A stretch of 64,000 nt of DNA from Curvularia clavata (Eukaryota). The position numbers and the translations under genes were made by a program. Positions 37,395-49,622 of this stretch are shown piece after piece. Each line of letters opens with the position of its first letter. Within the stretch, counting starts at the first letter, position 1. The notes beneath the pieces were generated by a model, which was given only the letters and a program-made list of their open reading frames with translations, made no database searches and had not been told where the DNA came from. The DNA lies in assembly GCA_023920165.1 (NCBI GenBank), contig CP089281.1, positions 1,240,001 to 1,304,000 on the forward strand, in the 5' to 3' direction.

Positions 37395-37726
37395 AAACAG
37401 GTGTCGCATGCTATTAAAGGGTTGACAATGGCAAGATGTCACGACGACATGGACATGTGTTTTGAAGAAATTCATCGTTGAAACCGACATACGCATGACT
37501 ATGAAACTGCTCACTGCTTCTGGTGTATCAGACCAGCTAACATATGTACGACTTTGAAACCACCCATGGCTTCCAATCTGCCGTCCCTATTCACTTCGCC
37601 TATGCCATAATTCATTCTGTGGCAGGCAGTCGATCAACTGAATCAAGCAAACCAGCAAGCATACAAGTTACATACTTATCCACTCTGACACTGTCCAAGT
37701 GCCCACTTCCCTTGCCATCTCACCCT

Positions 37727-39046
37727 TCAAAACAGGCAACGGTCAGTCATATCCATCTCGGGGTGCTTGTATCCCTCGCCGGTTGTACTGTCTCCCTTGA
37801 AGCCGTCTGCGGAGTTGGTGTTCTGAGTCCGATGATAATGCTGGTGGCCAACAATGTTCTGCACATCCTGGCTGGCGCGAGAACGAAGATACTCAGAGTA
37901 CTCTTCGACACGCTGAGACTTGACCTGCCAATTGAGCATCGCATCGAGGGCAGTCTCGTGGACGTCGTAGATGGTGCTGTTGAGGAACTGGCCATGATAC
38001 TCCTGCGCCTCTCGGAGGAACCACTCATAGCTGTATTGATAGCCATGTTCCTCTGCGGTCATGGTGATGGCGCTAAGGCGTTCAAGGATCTCTCGGACCT
38101 CATCCTTCTTTGAAGGGTCCTCTTCGCTCAGGGCCTCGTAGATAGCATCTGAGACGTCGGCAGCAGACATCGGCTCGCGCATGGGTCGAGGCTGCTCCTG
38201 AGTCTGTTGCTCCCTGCGAGTTTCCTGGAGAGCTGCTAATTGAGCCCGCCTCTCGGCTGTGCGGCTCAGTCTGATCTCTTGCTCACTCTCGTCTAGCTTT
38301 TCCACGTCAAAAACGGGCTGGTACTTGTGTTCCAGGTACATGCTAACGATAGCTGGAGCCCAGTCACGCACGAAGTGCAAACCGAGAATGCCGTTGTAGA
38401 CGTCGGGGTTGAACAGCTCTCCCAGCTGCTCACGAGCAGCATCCATGGAAATTTTGCGGTTGTCGACCTGCCGAATGATCTCCTCACGCATTTCTTGTGC
38501 TCTGGCTTCGCGGACGGCATCGTCGAGCGCCTTGGCGCAACGAGGATCATTGAAGATTTCCCAGTACTCCAGAAGACAGGCATGTAGCTCTGAGAGAGTT
38601 GGGCCGCCCTTGCAAACGATAGTTGATTCATCGTTGAAGCCGCTCTGGATGCGGAGATCAATCAGCTGAGCGACCTCTTGCATGCGTGCGAGGAGTGCAT
38701 AGTAGATGTCCTCGAAGTCAGCAAGCGGGCGAAACGCAGCCTCTTTGTCAGCACGCAGATGGATGCGAGCCATTATGTGCTCAACGCTCTGGAAGCCCCA
38801 GGGCAGCCTGCTTGGAACAAGCTGTTTGCTGTGGAGGCGGTCCAGAAGCGTGTACAAGCTGGGAATGTACGGATCGACGCTGACCCTCTTGAAGAACTTG
38901 CTGGCGTTGCTGAGGCCGATGAGGTAGATGCTGAGCTTGAGAATGTGCTCGATGATATACTCGGCTGGAAAAGCTACCTTGGCACCCTGAGCCAGTGTTG
39001 GAGTGACTGCACATGGCAGCACTGAGAGGAGGTGGTTTGGAGACAT
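37727..39046 (-). CDS. Uncharacterised intronless protein with coiled-coil segments
   Basis: Long ORF (about 440 aa from the ATG at 39046) with codon bias like neighbouring genes; no motif recognised. Confidence 0.75.
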   Translation of the reverse strand: MSPNHLLSVLPCAVTPTLAQGAKVAFPAEYIIEHILKLSIYLIGLSNASKFFKRVSVDPYIPSLYTLLDRLHSKQLVPSRLPWGFQSVEHIMARIHLRADKEAAFRPLADFEDIYYALLARMQEVAQLIDLRIQSGFNDESTIVCKGGPTLSELHACLLEYWEIFNDPRCAKALDDAVREARAQEMREEIIRQVDNRKISMDAAREQLGELFNPDVYNGILGLHFVRDWAPAIVSMYLEHKYQPVFDVEKLDESEQEIRLSRTAERRAQLAALQETRREQQTQEQPRPMREPMSAADVSDAIYEALSEEDPSKKDEVREILERLSAITMTAEEHGYQYSYEWFLREAQEYHGQFLNSTIYDVHETALDAMLNWQVKSQRVEEYSEYLRSRASQDVQNIVGHQHYHRTQNTNSADGFKGDSTTGEGYKHPEMDMTDRCLF

Positions 39047-39464
39047 TGTAGACGAAGGTGTTTGATGTTGTAGGTTAAAAGGCAAGAAGCAGGGCAATTG
39101 GAAGTCAACTGAAAGTCAAGAGTTGATGTGTGCGGATAGAGAGCAGTTAAGAAGGCTAGAGCAGGCTGTTGGGTTGTAGAAGTAGTATTTTAGATAGTTT
39201 GTGGCCAAGAGATTGCTCACTATGAGGGAGGGAGGCTGGGATGATTGGCGACGGACGATGGATGACAGGTGATGGGTGAAGGAGGAGTGGGTCCTCGAGG
39301 TCATCCAAGAGCCCTCGCTATGTTGCTATTGTCTCTATTGTATTGAGAACAATGAGTATGAGGATTGATTGCTGCCAATAGCAGAGATTGAAGTAAGGCA
39401 GCGAATGGGGTGAGACCGTTTGTCCTGCTCCAATTAGCGGCGCCACCTCTCACCTTCACAACTC

Positions 39465-41415
39465 CTACGGCATAACACTCTTCATAACTCCTCTTATGTC
39501 CATGTCTCTCAATCTGCGGGGCAGCTCATTGTTCACCCAATCTCGCCCGAAGAATGCACCGCCGGCAAGTGCTGCAGCAGTCGCTAGCCACAAAACGGCC
39601 TTGCGGGCACGTGGGTTGACTTCTCTGCCACTCCTCTCGTCCAGGTACAAAAAGTCATTCTTTTTCCAGAATATGCTCCTGAGCCAAAACAGAAACTGCC
39701 AATCAGGATACATCACTAGATGCCGTGTCAATTCGAGCGTTCGAAGCGAGTTTCGTTGTATAGATCTTACTATTGTTGAGGCCGGTTTTGGGATCAACAG
39801 CCCAGTTTACACACCCAGATGCCCACACCAGTTTCTTGGCTGCTGCTTGTGTCCACTGTGAGTCTGCAACGGCGGCTTCCGGTTTGACCTCGACGGTCGC
39901 TGGTGATGGGGCAAGGGTCTGTGGGATAAGAGACCGGGATCGGTAGGATGGAAGCGATTTGAGGATGGGGTCCAGAAGTCGTAGGGTGAAGTTAATTTGG
40001 CATTCGACAGTGTAGATGACGCTGAGGTGCCCTGTGACAGTGTTTGGTCCCATCAGGATGAAAAAGTTGGGGAACTGCGGTACTACGGTGCCGAAGTAGG
40101 CTTGCGCGACACCTTGTGATGTTTTATTCCACTGTGATAGATGTTAGTACTATGATACTGAAACTTCAGGGGCTTATTATTTACGTATTGTGCCAAGCTC
40201 ATGCCGTCACGCCCAACAATCTCCATTGGGAACAGCATCTGCTGCGTCGCGAAGCCTGTCGCAAGTATGATTGAATCTGCGTCGATCTCCCGTCCTGATT
40301 TTGTTACTACACCGGTTTCCGTAATTCGCTCGACTGGGTCGTCGAAAACAAGCTCGACATTGTCTCTCCACAGAGTCTTCAAGTAGTCAGTGTCCAACAC
40401 CTTTCTCTTACACCCTATTTCTGTCTTTGGGATAAGAGCATCCCAGTACTTCGGTGGTGCCATCTTTTTGACATATGCTTCGTTTTCCTTTGCTAGTTCC
40501 TGGCGTATGCTACGGCCTGTCTCAATATCAAAGCCACTGTAGTCACGTTCCATCTCATAGTAGAACTTTGCGCGGTAGAGACGCATTGCCAGCGGCACGT
40601 AGCGCATGATGGCTTTGAATGTGTTCGAGTACGTAGGATTTTCTCTTTCTGCAAGGAACTGTGCTTGTCTTCCAAACTGCACCAGCTTGCGTGCAGGATT
40701 CGGTTCATTGGCCATGATAGGCACAAACTGCGTCGCTGAGCATCCATTGCCTTTAATCTGTTAGCTCAATAGTTCTCTCAGCGGGGGAATCATTTGGGAA
40801 ATATACCGAGTACAACGACATCTTTGTCTTTCCAGTCAAAGCTGTGATCCCACTGAGCGGAATGGAACAGCTTTCCTTTATACTGCTCTACACCAGGGAT
40901 CTCGCAGGACTTGGGCACGGACAACGAACCGACACCTGAAACCAGGATCTTCGCCCTTCTTATTGACCGCTCCTTCGTTTGCAAGTCTACCACTGTGACC
41001 TCCCAGACGTTATCACGTGCATTCCAGACTGCCTTCTCCACCATCGAGTGAAAGCGAACATGGTCAACAACACGATACTTCTCAGCCACCGAACGGAAAT
41101 ACGCCTGGATTTCTGGCCTCATGGAATACTTGCGACTCCAGTCAGGATTAAGTGCAAAACTGTATGAGTAAAAATGCGAGGCTACCTATATTCTCGTCAG
41201 TGAACAATCCCACGTGTCTCACTTCTCCTCGGGGCAAAGAGACCCACATCGCAGCCACATCCCGGATACGTATTGGCGAGCCATGTCCCGCCCACATCCT
41301 CACTCTTCTCAACTAGTTCAAAGTTTCGGATTCCGTATTTGCGTAGAATTTGGACTGCGAGACCGAGTCCGCTCATGCCCGCCCCGATGATGAGGACCTC
41401 GGTGTCGAAAGACAT
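39465..41415 (-). CDS. Flavin-dependent monooxygenase, Baeyer-Villiger type
   Basis: [24 protein letters not shown], fingerprint [35 protein letters not shown]; four introns; hydrophobic C-terminal segment. Confidence 0.92.
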
Positions 41416-41745
41416 CTTCTCTGTATAGCGAGCCAATAGCCGCAGCAACGTGATAATGCAGGAATACGAGATACTATTAGTAGCAGTAGGATACCTGGGG
41501 TAAACAACAAACCACGAAGTCGAAAACACCCAATACTTATAATCGCTCTACCTCCAAACCGACACCGATACTTATACCTTTCCTTTCTCCTATCTAGCCC
41601 TCCCTACAGCATCCACTGAACTTACTATGCCCCCGTATCTCATCATTTGAACCCACCAGTGGGTCCACGATACCCGTTCACGCATACGCTTCTAGGTGGA
41701 CTTTCACTTCCATCACCACTATTATTGTCGCCCAGCAGCTCAATG

Positions 41746-41803
41746 CGGCAGGTATACCGAGCCCGCCATGTCAACAAGCACGGCAGGTATTCCGACGGCC
41801 AAT
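41746..41803. promoter_or_regulatory. Tandem CGG-N8-CCG sites plus CCAAT box upstream of the monooxygenase
   Basis: CGGCAGGTATACCGA (41746-41760) and CGGCAGGTATTCCGA (41781-41795); CCAAT at 41799-41803. Confidence 0.55.
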
Positions 41804-42167
41804 CACGCTGCGTGCGGATACTGCGGGGTCCCCACAGCACACGCCACAGACGAGTACACGCGTGTATGGGGGAATATAGCCCACGATACGGTACCCGTTT
41901 TCGGGTTGGGCGTTTTGGGTATTCCGGGGGACGGTAGTGCTGTTTCTGGAGGGAAAATGTTGGGGACGGCATGGACTGTGGGAATGTGGGTTTAAGAGAT
42001 GTTGGCGTGTTTTTTTCACTTGCATATAAAGCGTTAGAGAAGCTAGGGGGAATACATGGGTCTTCGAGTGTGGATATCAAATGGAGACAGATCATGGATT
42101 ATTGACACACGAGCTATCCTGTCCTACTACATACTGCGTGCTTCTTTTTTGTAACCAACTGTGTCCG

Positions 42168-45100
42168 TCACAACTCACTCATACTCTCGTCTTCATCTGG
42201 GACTCTGCCCGTTCCCGCCATAAAGCCAGGTGTAAGTGGTGTACCGGATAGGAACTCTTCTTCATCGGTGTCAAAGTCACCATATTCGATGTCTTCTTGG
42301 AGACTGCCTCTTCGTTTGTCGACTGGTAAGGCGCTTTCGGTAGTACAGTCGTTGTCTTGGTCAGCTGGCGTGATACCGACTGTGTGCCGGCGGTTGGGTG
42401 AGACTTGTCGCAGGGCTGAGCGCTTACTTGGTGATGTTCTATTCAAGACGGATTTTGAGACTAGGCTAGGCTTCTGGGTGTACGGTGTGTGCATGGTTGG
42501 AACCTTGAAAGTCGGTCGTGGTTTAGAGCGCTTGGGCGCTGGGACGCTGGTTTGTGAAGAAGACGACTCGAAGGATATGTTCGCAGTGCTTTCTGTGGTT
42601 GAAGTTTTCATTGATGGGACACTCATTGTAGCCTTTGGTGTATCATCCTGAGCGGCAATGAAGTTAGACTTGCGTCGCCGACGAGTCCGTGGCTCGCGCA
42701 CAGTTGGCTCAGCAATGTCTTTATAGGAGCGAGAGGCGGAGCGAATAGCTAGCGGTTGCTGAGAGGAGACGCCGAAGTTCGCTAAAATGTTCTTGTGAAT
42801 CGCCCTACGCTCCTCGAGTTCCTCTTCTTGCTCCTTGCAGAAGTCTTCGAGCTCCTGTATTCTGGACTCGAGTGGCGGGATAGCATGCTGAAGTTGCTGG
42901 AGCCGATCGCGAGTCTCTTCGTGGCTATCCCTTTCTCGTTCATGATCCTGCAGAACGCTCTGTAGCTGATCTTCGAGCGCTCTGCAATCTTCTTCGGCTT
43001 GCAAAGTAAGCGATTCTATATCACTGGCATGCTTGTTTGCCAAATCCTTCGCCTTGGCTTCTGATGTCTCCTGGAGCTCTTGATACGTGGTGTGCAGCGT
43101 CTCCAGCTTTCTTATTGTATCTTCCAATTCCGCTTCTTTTTCTTCTAGGCGACGACAGTACTCTGACACCTGTACCTGAAGACGGGCAACGTCGTCGTTC
43201 TGATGAGAGGCATCGGCACGGACATGCTGAAGCGTTTCCTCCATTTCCTTGCACCGGCGTTGGAGCAGCTCATACTCCTCGGTGAGTGTGCTGTGGTTCT
43301 TCTCCCACTGTACTTGGGACTGTCTCAGGTCGTTGATAGTACCGTGTAGCTGCTTTGTCTGTAGATCGTGGGTGCGAATGTCTTCTTCGTGCCGAGCAAT
43401 AGTTGACTGAAGTGCAAGCTCCTTTGCGTTGAAACTTTCCTGGGCCGCGCTTAAAGCTTCACTCGCACTTTGGTTTGACTCTTCAAGTAGCGCCTCCAGC
43501 TCTTTCACTCTAGTCCACGCTCGCTCCTTGTCCTGAGTGACAGCATAATTCTCTTTTCTTAACCGATCTTGATCTTCTCTCGAGTCCTCGAGTTCCTTCT
43601 CTAGCCCTTCCAACTGATCCGCGGAGTCTTCGTTCTCTATCCGTAAAGACTCGACCTTGTCACTAAGGGAGCAGATTTGCTCCTCTAAACCAGCTGATTT
43701 CTCCTTCTCCCTGCGTAGCGGCTCTTCCGCTGTGCTGCAGCGCGTTTCGAGATCACTGCAAATCTGTGCGACCGAGCGCAGGATGGCATCTCTCTGATAC
43801 CTGCCCTGACTCTCCAACTCCGAGTCAAGACGTGTCGTCCAACTCTCCAAAGGTTGACCCGCGCATTGCGTGCCTGCAGCCTGGAAGAGTGATATCGGTG
43901 CCTCCTTTGGAGGTTTGGAAGAATACTGGCAAGCACTCGCTACAAATGGTAGGTCCCGTTGCGCCTTGACTAGGGCTGTAGTAAGGGGTTGAGGCAATGA
44001 CGACTCTCTCGACTCTGCAGCAAGAGTGATATTGATCAGAGAGGCAATAGTGGCAGCAATAAGCTGCCGTTGAAGCGATGCAATGTGCGTGCAGCAGCCG
44101 GTAGTCTGGTCTTTTAGGTTGAGGCGCACCAGCTGCCAAATCTTGTCTTGTACTGTCTTCGACGACAGGCTGCGCAGTGTGTTGCTCCGTAATGTAGCTG
44201 AAGATAGAGCAGCAGTAGTCAGCGTGTCCACAACACTGACAAGATTGGACATGTATCTAGGGCTCATTCGTAGAGTGCATGCGTCTAGGATCCCAGAAAA
44301 CAGTGCCGAAATATCTTGAATATACGCCTGTCTTGGTTAGTAGGCTAAATGGCACTGGTGCAAAACATGCTTACTGCAAACTCTGGAAGTGATGTCGAGA
44401 GAAGTTCGGAAACATTGCCTGGGTCTGTTGTACAGATACCAGTGAACAGGCAAGATGCATATCGCCCCACCATGTTTTGGGGCACGCTTCTGGAGCCAGA
44501 GAGTTGACCGAAAAACGAGAAAGCCTCCAACTGGACACTTGGACTAGCAGCTGTTTCTTCGATCCTCGAGCGACATTTGTCAAAAAGTAGTGCATTCTTG
44601 TCTTGCATGAGCCAACTGTCTCGGATATCTTTGTCGATGCATTGCATGATTCTAGAGGCAATACGCAATCCTTCAGTGGTTTCATCGTCCTCGAGACGGG
44701 CTTTTAGAAGCCATAGGACATTCAAGCACGTCATTTGCATATTTTTGTACAAGTCTTTGGTAGAGCCAAACAGCTTCTGTCCAGATGGCGTTACCCACTG
44801 CTGCATGAGAGTTTGTGTAGACACTGGCTGTTCGCTAGCGCTGGAGAGGTGCAAATCCTGGATGCCATCTGGATGCTCAACGATTATGACTATGCCGCAA
44901 AGCCACAGGAGTAGCATAGCCGACTCGCCAGAAACATTGTTCTGTAAAATCCGACATAGTTCGGTGTCGAAGCGCCGCCTGGTATTACTAGGAAGGAGAC
45001 GATGGAGCTGGCCGCAAGCTCCATTGAGCATACGGTACACCGACTTCAAAGCATTTGCATTTGGGCTCTGTGAAGCCTTTTCAAAGACATGGAGCAGAAA

Positions 45101-45731
45101 GTTCTGGGCGGTGGCAGGCAAGGGAACTGCTTCTGGCAAAGGGCGTGACAGGAGGAGCACACATAGTTCTGCAAGCTACACCGGGTCAGGGGCATCGGGT
45201 AGCATGTAGCAAGCTCCGCACTTACCTCGTTGAAATCTTGTTTAGATGAAATGGCCCTCTCGAGCAGGCCGTTTAGCAGGCCCGGATAGCGAATCAATAG
45301 CTGGTCACGGAACTCGGGTGCATGGCCTGCAGAGACAAAGGTAGTCAGCCGGTGTGCATTTATTAGGCAGGACAATAAGCGGTCAAAGGCTTACACAGAC
45401 GATGCAGCACACGCAGAGTATAAGCAGTCAGCGGTAAGGCATCGCGAACGATTTTGGCCAAGTTGCTCACGGCGCACGGGGGTCGGTCCTGGATAGAGGC
45501 TCTGATGGCTGCTATGTTGGCACGAGCAAGCAGGTGGGAAAGAGGCTGTCAGACGGATATTGCGTCAGCTCATCAATGATGGTGGGATGCATACGGGGGG
45601 GATATGTGGCGAGTCATGCACTGTATACAGGTACGTACGGATAGTGAAGGAGGGTATGGGCATTGGATGATCCTCGTCAGCTCCCGGTCCAGGTCTGCGC
45701 CCACGTCTACCGTGTCCGGCCCGTCCGCCAT
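42168..45731 (-). CDS. Large protein: helical N-terminal domain, long central coiled coil, basic S/T-P-rich tail
   Basis: First exon MADGPDTVDVGADLDRELTRIIQCPYPPSLS ends at a GTACGT donor; several short introns; a 699-aa terminal ORF rich in E/Q/L heptads; tail with RTRRRRKS, TSPSKR, VSPNRR, TPLTP. Confidence 0.8.
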
Positions 45732-47140
45732 AGCTCGCCTATCCTTACAGGCTGGTGGCGTATTCGTGCTGTGTCGGTGGGTTGTGCAGCGCGTTCACAG
45801 CGGTGACGGCAAGACGCGCTCTTGTTTCTCGGCGTTCCTCGGACAACGGCACCAACGACACGGGATCGCCATGTCTGGACGACACCAACGCGATGCACCC
45901 ATACCATGGCACAGCCGCCGTGCGCACTGAGGCTAACTACTCTGCAGGACAGCTGCGGGGCTGTTTCTATTCTCCGCCTTGCACAACCCACGCGGGCGTC
46001 GCCTATACATGCGCCTCTTTGCTTTTGGCGGCTCCCTCGTATGTTGGGGCGCCTGATCGTTTTTGCACGACACTCCCCTCTGGCCTCGACATGGATCAGC
46101 GTCATTTATCGGTCATAGACAAGGCCTCTCCAGACTTGCAGGCAGTCTCTCTGTCGCCGACAAAGCAAACGCCGCCTGCAACGGCTTCAGTTGCCGGCGT
46201 GGCATGTCATTGCAAACCGCCGCCCCCATGCACAGCCTGTTCCCCCACAGCTCCACCGGTGCTAGCAGCATCTTGGGCTGCACGGGCGAGGCCTAGGTCC
46301 AGTGAGGGAATTGTATGGCGGCCCTCCAAGTCCAATCAATGTGATCCACGCGGCCCTGTTCGGCGTCTTCCAAAGCCTTCCTTTCCATGAGGCTGCTGTT
46401 GAGCCTCACTGATATGGCCTCTGGCGACTCACATAATATGCGGCTATCGCTGCGTTTCCCGGCACCCATCTTTTCTCCACTTGGGTCAGGCTCAGAAAAG
46501 AAAAACAACCCGCAGTGTGCACAGTTTCAGGACCGCAGCTCTACTCAGTCTCTGCAAGCCGTTCGGGGCTCTAGCCGACGCCTCGTCACGCGACAAACGT
46601 CGGTAAGAATGTCATCCACCGTCACCTGTTGCCACGCTGCATCGCCATAACCAGTACCTTTGCTTGCCGCTGCCCTGGTCTTCCCCGCAATTGTTTGGCG
46701 TATATCCAAGCCCCCTTGCAGCTGATCACGCACAACGACTTCATTTGCCGCACGCGTCGAAAATTTGTTGATGGAAATCGGTCATCTAGTCAGCCTCGAA
46801 CGCTGCCACTGGTCCGTCCCACCAACTTTAGGGATGCTGTATTGCTACCTTACCCGTGCGCTGGCCCACGATGCTCAAAGCCATTCCCGAAACAACAATC
46901 GTGCCGACCGCCTACACGCTCAACTAAACACTTTCCGCTTCCGCTATGCTAGTCGTCTACCCGTGAGATCCATAAAATACCTAATGCAGCCTCCCATCAC
47001 ACTAGCCCGGTAATCGCGCATTGACCGATGGTCTCCGTCACTGGGTGCTGCCTTTAGTCAACCAAGCACGTCAACGGCTTACTCCAACGTCTTCTTTCTT
47101 TCTTCTTTTTCTTCTTCTTTCCTGTGTTCATCGGCCGGTC

Positions 47141-49306
47141 ATGTTTCGTCAAGCAACAGCACGAGTGAGGCAAACAGTCTCGCCCTTGCTCAAGCGAGCA
47201 GGCACCCGAGCACGAAGCGGAGGTGACCGCTCCTTCAGATCGGACAGTATTCAGCGCCCATTTTGGAACTCTGGGCGAGCCTTGCTCTTTTCTGCCGTCA
47301 CTGGCACAACTACCTACTTTTATGGCGTCAATGATGAACCCCATCGGATCCAGATGCCATGGCTCAAATCTACAGGCCCCCAGTACGCAAGCAAGCAAGA
47401 AATGGAAAAGGTGGGTTTGTAAGCAGCATGATATGTACACACTGCTCATTGTAATCGCCTTAGGCTATTGTGGAACTGAGAGAGGTGCTTGGAGAAGACG
47501 CAATCAGTACCGACGACGAGGACCTGCACAGACACGGCTATTCCGAATGGTCGTCCATCAACATAGATCAATTACCAGTCGCCGTAGCCTACCCCAAATC
47601 GACCGAAGAATGCTCTGCCATTGCCAAAACGTGCTACAAGTACAAGATACCCATGAGTCCGTGCGCCCTACTCTCTACATGCCTACCTATGTACTGACGA
47701 GACAAGTCCCCTACTCTGGTGGGTCAAGCTTGGAAGCCAACTTCTCGGCTCCATTCGGTGGCATGAGCATTGACTTTTCCTTTATGGATCAGATCGTTGC
47801 CCTGCATGAAGATGAGTGAGTTGGCATTGCTATCTGCGTACCAAGGGCACTACTGACGAGAATTCTTAGCATGGATGTCGTCGTTCAGCCTTCTGTACCC
47901 TGGATGAAACTTAATGATGAGATCAAGGAGTCTGGTCTCTTTTTCCCAGTCGACCCTGGCCCATCGGTATGCATTTAGCCCTTCTTCCGTTTCTAGTATA
48001 GGTTTTTACATAATACAGCATACCGATGTAGACTTATATTAACAAACATGTCAGGCTCGAATTGGAGGTATGGTGGGTACCAGTTGCAGGTAAGCTTCAT
48101 TGATATCTAACAAAAATCTTCCAGCTGACCATTGCAGCGGCACCAACGCTGTGCGATACGGCACAATGAAGGACTGGGTCATCAACCTGACCGTAGTGCT
48201 TGCAGATGGCACAGTCATCAAGACTAGACGGCGGCCCCGGTATGTTCATGCTCACATGTTGGTGTCACAACATGATTAATGGTGTTTTAGAAAATCGTCG
48301 GCTGGTTACAACTTGACGAACCTCTTCGTTGGGTCAGAGGGCACGCTCGGGATTGTTACAGAGATCACTCTGAAACTAGCCGTCATACCGCAAGAGACCA
48401 GCGTTGCAGTCGTTACTTTTCCTACGATACGCGATGCTGCTGCCGCTGCCTCTAAAGTGCTACGAGCCGGAGTCCCTGTAGCCGCCATGGAGATTATGGA
48501 CGACGTCCAAATGGGCGTTATCAATAAGGCCGGGGCCACGACTAAAAAATGGAAAGAATTGCCGACTATGTTCTTCAAGTAAGTTTCCAGACATTCCAGG
48601 CGCTTGAAACATGAGCTAAGAGCCGCGAACAGATTCTCGGGAACAAAAGCAGGGGTATGTGCAGCCCTATGGTCACACATTTAGCCAAAACGGAACTGAC
48701 CGCATACTAGGTCCAGGAGAACATTGAGCTAGTCAAAGCGATTGCAAAGGCCAATAAAAGCGGTGATTTTGAATTTGCCGTTAATGCCGAGGAACAAAAG
48801 ACCCTCTGGTCAGCCCGCAAAGAGTCGCTTTGGAGCATGCTAGCGCTCCGTCGCGAGGGTGACGAAGTTTGGTCCACAGACGTCGCCGTGCCCATTTCTC
48901 GGCTCCCAGACATTATTGGTATAATTCTATCCCTCGCTGGTTTTGGAATTGGATAGCTAATACAACTCCAGAAATTTCCAAGAAGGAAATGGACGACCTC
49001 GGCCTTTTCGCAAGCATCCTGGGTCACATCGGCGATGGAAACTTTCACGAGAGCATCATGTACAACAGCAAGGACCCCAAGGAGAGAGCTGCTGTTGAGA
49101 AGTGCGTTCATGATATGGTCAATCGAGCGCTCGAAATGGAGGGCACATGTACTGGTGAACATGGCATCGGACTCGGAAAGAAGGCGTCGCTGCAAAAAGA
49201 ACTCGGTCTGGAAACTATCAACGTGATGAGGAGTATCAAGGGCGCATTAGACCCGTACTGGCTGATGAACCCGGGCAAGATTATGGACGCTCAGGTGCAG
49301 GCGTAG
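47141..49306 (+). CDS. DLD1: Mitochondrial D-lactate dehydrogenase (cytochrome), FAD-linked oxidase
   Basis: Presequence, PYSGGSSLEANF, FPVDPGP, NAVRYGTM, GYNLTNLFVGSEGTLG, GHIGDGNFH, TGEHGIG, MNPGK. Nine short introns. Confidence 0.92.
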
Positions 49307-49588
49307 CTGGTGGCGTGACGTGCTTCTTGTTTTGCTCAAAATCAGGTACCGTGCATTGGGGTGGCAATCTGATAATCAGCACTGCATATGCTAGGGATAT
49401 GGCTAGATTTCACTCTGTGTATGATTGATATTTTGGTAATGAAAAGTTTACACTCAGCCGTGGTTGGATAGAAGAGTTGACTAAATCTCCATGGTCCAGA
49501 AATCTATGCGGCGAACTTCCTCCGCAATCGGTGTCGCGTTTTCCACCCCACCCCCCGCGCGTCATAACTTAAACTTTGGGAACCCATT

Positions 49589-49595
49589 TGACTCA
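49589..49595 (+). promoter_or_regulatory. Gcn4/CpcA consensus site TGACTCA
   Basis: Exact consensus 28 bp before the HOM2 ATG, with a near match TGACTAA around 49479; fits an amino-acid biosynthesis gene. Confidence 0.5.
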
Positions 49596-49622
49596 ACTCT
49601 GCCATTTCCTACAACCACAACT

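Noticed and set aside
49367..49375. SreA-type iron box ATCTGATAA
   Set aside because: Single site in the DLD1 3' region with no iron-uptake gene nearby; probably chance.
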